DNA of 64,000 nucleotides from Albugo candida (Eukaryota): NCBI GenBank assembly GCA_040437565.1, contig JBDOQK010000032.1, positions 62,001 to 126,000 of the forward strand, read 5' to 3'. Shown piece by piece: positions 60,239 to 64,000 of this stretch (position 1 is its first letter; each line of letters starts with the position of its first letter). The notes under the pieces were generated by a model. It saw only the letters and a program-made list of their open reading frames with translations, ran no database searches and was not told where the DNA came from. The position numbers and the translations under genes were made by a program.

Positions 60239-63003
60239 TCAGCTTCGAGAAGGATTCACCACAAAAACCTGGTCCAGAATGTCTTTGATGGAATTGAGCT
60301 GAAGTGATTCTGCTTTTTTCCAAAGTCTGTAATTCTGATGCGCTTGATCCAAAATCGTTTTGAACTCGACTTTAAACATGACTTCTGCAAGCACTTCGAA
60401 AAATGGAAGCACAATGAATTCAAAAAACCCAATTTGATTCTTGGCGCTGTTCTCGTTGGCACGATTCATAAACGGTGAGATGTCAAGGCCTAGTAGATGC
60501 TCATCGTCGCCTTGCAAGAAGAATTCCTCGATGATATAATCCGACCAGCGAGCATGAAGTCTTCCGACTTTAGCTGAATGACCCAGATCAGCGCATTTGA
60601 TCACAGCTTTCATAATCATAATCGGAGAATGGATCACCTCTGTGGTCTCCCGAGATATCGCGGCTGCTTTAAGCGCCTGAACCACCTGTAGATGCATACT
60701 CAAGTCAGTCGACAGAACAATCTCAATAATCGCTTTCCGAACTTCCGCATAAGACCCGGGAGCGAGTCCACTAAAAATGTTACATGCTGGGTCTTTGACA
60801 AGGAAGAAAGCTTCGGCTAGATGCATATGCTCTAAAACGGAGCAATCGCTATATAAAATAGCGAGATCGCTTCCGTTTTTGGTCATGAAATAATTACTCT
60901 TCCCAGGATGCCGAAAATCATGAATTGTGGCAGCGATAAGAGCTGCAAATATCTCCTGATAGTTGAGCAATTCCTGGATGTAACCATTATCCAAAACCGC
61001 GATAATATGTTCGACCGAATTGACCACATCCGCGCCGTGTGTATTGTTGTGCTGAGAGGTAAGTAGTAGGCCTTTGAGTACTCTGTGATATAAAACATTG
61101 GAAGAAGACTTACGTAGGGATTCCGAAAGTACCCATTGTCCACGAACCAGAGAAAGTTGATCAAGATCGTTTTGTCGACGGAACAAAGCTGGAAGAGATC
61201 GTGCTGTTCAAATGCGACATATGTGATGAATGAGATCGGACGATTGCCTGTTATCGAGGCAATGTGTTGGAGATCCGCGTTCCACCCATCTCGATCAATC
61301 AATGCGGCAACTGTAACCATGAGATCTTCTTCCAATATCGAGACATCAGGATGTAGCCGTGATTCATTGTATTGATCTGGTCCACGATAGAGTGAATTTT
61401 TGGACGGAAGTGCTGGGTAGGATGCTGCTGATGGACGGGTTCGAGTGTATGAGATGTTAGACAGCACTGTGGTGGCCCAGCTCTTTGTGTCGCGATCCAT
61501 ATCGCTTCCTCGAGCGTGTTGGAGCTGCTCGTAGATATCCGGTGAGAAAAGATCTTGGCCTTTTTCCGTCAATACATGTATGATTCCGTCGAGGTTTTCC
61601 TTCAGTTCTGGTGATAACGATGCATGCTGATGTAAATTCTTCAAATCAGCGATGACTTTGGTCATTGGTGAATCAAGATCCATCGTTTTTGTAGTAGATT
61701 CATTTTTCTGTCCGACAATTTGCTTGAGAGATTTATTTTCGCTGATAATAATTTGTTTTTGCAGCAGTGTGGCGCGAGCTTTTTCTTCGACCAGTTTTGC
61801 GTGCAGAAAATTGAGTCGTAGAAATCGATCGGTTTGACGCATTCGAAAATTAAGGATCACTGTCACTGATGAAAGCGTCAATAAGCTGAGAAACTTTTCC
61901 ACCTCTGTCTGCACGGAATGAGATTCTGGGAACATAAGCACCGAAGTGTAGATGAATCCAATGTTGACTGTCATGCTGGTTATCATATAGTGATAAGGAC
62001 TCAGCTTGAGCAGCGGGGCTATTGCCAGGAGTACCAGAGGCCTTAAAAGACTGTACGTACGCTCCACGCTCGGTAGTACAACTACATAAAGAGCCCGCAT
62101 CTTTACTTATTACCAACGCCAATAATGCTGATACATGAAATTCTCTTACCTTTGGCCAAGTAGAAAGGGATCAGCGATGGTGTAGTCCCCGTGTAATTCC
62201 GATACTTCCACCAGGTCGTCTCATTGCCCAAGTGAATGACTTGTGAGATGTTTTGAAGCCCTATTGGATTCTTACTGCTGATAAATTCCGCAATGTAATT
62301 GAAATCCTCCAAGAAAATTTGATTGTGAAAACCACACAATGGAAGTAAACTGTGTGCGATTTCCGCTAAAACAAAGCAATGCATGATCGCACAGAGGTAT
62401 ATGGGCTCATACCCGCTGAAGCGTTTGGCTCGACAGAGCGATAATAGAATAGGAACAGGTAGTATGACGATAATGCAGCTTAGTATGATGTTTGAAATTG
62501 CTAAAAGGCGTCTAGGTCCATCCTCATAATAAATTAAAACAATGTTGTGCATGATATACGCAAACAGCGCGACCCAGCATCCGACGGCGGCAAAACACGC
62601 AGGTTTCAAATTCGTTTGGATAAAGTAGGCCTGATACTCCATTTCTGCAAGTGTATTGAGGCAGAATGAATTTGTCAGATAGTGGAAACCATACTTCTCT
62701 TCCATCTGCTTGGTTAAGCGAGTTGAATCGCGATAATCCTGGCTGGATCGCGGAAAGATCACAGTGGACAATGGAAGGCTAAAAGAGGAACGTCGAGAAG
62801 ATTCATCTTCTGATACTGTGATTCCTAGTAAGGTAGCTGATATAGTCGAATTCACCTTTTTCTTATCCATCTTCTGCGCTGTATCAATGGCGCTACTTGG
62901 TTCCGGTGTCATCGTCAGACCGATCTCGAAACGGCGTGCATACTACCGTAACGGTTACCAGTTCGTTAACTGCTATATCGGTTATCGGTAGAATTTTCGC
63001 CAT
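60239..63003 (-). CDS. Class I 3',5'-cyclic nucleotide phosphodiesterase with N-terminal multi-TM region, multi-exon
   Basis: NPY|HNNTHGADV, IHDFRHPG, SVLEHMH, LSTD, KCADLGH, EEFFLQGD and QIGFFEFIV motifs, with hydrophobic N-terminal helices. Confidence 0.93.
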
Positions 63004-63314
63004 TACCAATACTTTTGGTATCTCATTTTTCCCGNNNNNNNNNNNNNNNNNNNNNNNNNNNNNNNNNNNNNNNNNNNNNNNNNNNNNNNNNNNNNNNNNN
63101 NNNNNNNNNNNNNNNNNNNNNNNNNNNNNNNNNNCTTTTGGTATCTCATTTTTCCCGTTAAATTGTTTCTTTACTCTTAATCCTGTCGTTTTCCTCCTTT
63201 GCGCTTGTGCACTAGTACATTTTCTAAACGCTCAATTGTATTCCTATTGTATTGTCCTGTACACTACCCGCGCTTGTATTACAGAATTTATCAAAGTTTT
63301 CGTATTTTGTACCG

Positions 63315-64000
63315 ATGGACGCGGATTGCAAAACCTTATGGATGGGTGACATTCAATTGAATTGGGATGAAGCATACATTGGCTCGTTATTTGCTTCAGC
63401 GGGTAGCGTATGACTCCTTTTTGTCTTATTTGCGCGTTTAAACTCATACACTCACTTGATAGTGGAGCAGCCTTCTATTAAATTGATCCGAGATAAAGTC
63501 ACTGGGTATCCTGCTGGATACGGGTTCCTGGAGTTTCCATCGCAACAAGGCGCACAGGCTGTTTTGAACACTTTTAATGGGCAGATTGTTCGTACGTGTT
63601 ATCATGTCGACACGTTGGATTCATTTGACACTTGCTTTGTAGCAAACACAATTCATCGATTTCGTCTAAATTGGGGTGCTGGAGGTCGACGGATTGACAC
63701 AGTCGAAGATCATTCGATTTTTGTTGGAGATTTGGCCCCAGAAGTCAGTGATGAGTTACTTTTGAGTACATTCTCGACGAGATTTTCAAGTGTGCGTGGA
63801 GCCAAAGTCGTGATTGATCCTGTTACTCGGATGCCAAAAGGCTTTGGATTCGTGCGTTTTGGAGATAAGGGGGAAGCGGATCAGGCACTACAAACTATGA
63901 ATGGCGTATATTGCTCGTCCCGACCGATGCGAGTGAGCGTGGCCACCGATCGAACAAAGACACGTGGTATAATGCCACCTCCAATTAGCTACCCGGTAGT
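63315..64000 (+). CDS. Multi-RRM RNA-binding protein (Nam8/RBP45-47/TRNAU1AP-like), truncated by the window end
   Basis: KTLWMGDI, KLIRDK..GYGFLEF, FRLNW, HSIFVGDLAPEV, AKVVID and KGFGFVRF motifs. Confidence 0.92.

Noticed and set aside
7930-63157. Shorter repeats flanking the gaps at ~7962, 30867, 47178, 50088 and 63035
   Set aside because: They show the same contig-overlap pattern. ORFs read through N runs were ignored.
1-64000. CRISPR arrays, tRNA/rRNA genes, prokaryotic operons or defence systems, and numerous antisense ORFs
   Set aside because: None recognised. The sequence is spliceosomal-intron-bearing eukaryotic DNA, and the antisense ORFs overlap well-supported genes.

Overview
This is eukaryotic, intron-rich and very gene-dense sequence from an oomycete draft scaffold. 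The genus is most likely Albugo (white rust), inferred from the compact intergenic spacing, ~45-70 nt introns, an oomycete CesA3 and CxxCxxxxxG (CCG) effector-type genes. The window opens with the decayed 3' end of a Ty1/copia element (RT, RNase H, PPT, 200-bp LTR). About 25 housekeeping genes follow, often in tight head-to-head pairs: CesA3, M17 aminopeptidase, HOOK, a TPP carrier, IST1, UCH, CLC, RER1, an ACL5-like aminopropyltransferase, EF-Ts, UBX, delta-12 desaturase, OST3/6, MND1, kinesin, ZnT, CBS, START-FYVE, PDE and an RRM protein. The highlight is a pair of paralogous secreted Cys-rich CCG-like effector genes in two gene-poor islands. One is an intact 643-aa gene built from about five tandem CxxC modules (25941-27872, minus). 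The other is a frameshifted pseudogene (38304-~40330, plus). They lie in inverted orientation around a ~10 kb housekeeping block and share ~0.5 kb of upstream sequence. Twelve 100-N gaps are present, and most are flanked by exact direct duplications that are probably assembly artefacts. Exon boundaries were read by eye and are approximate.
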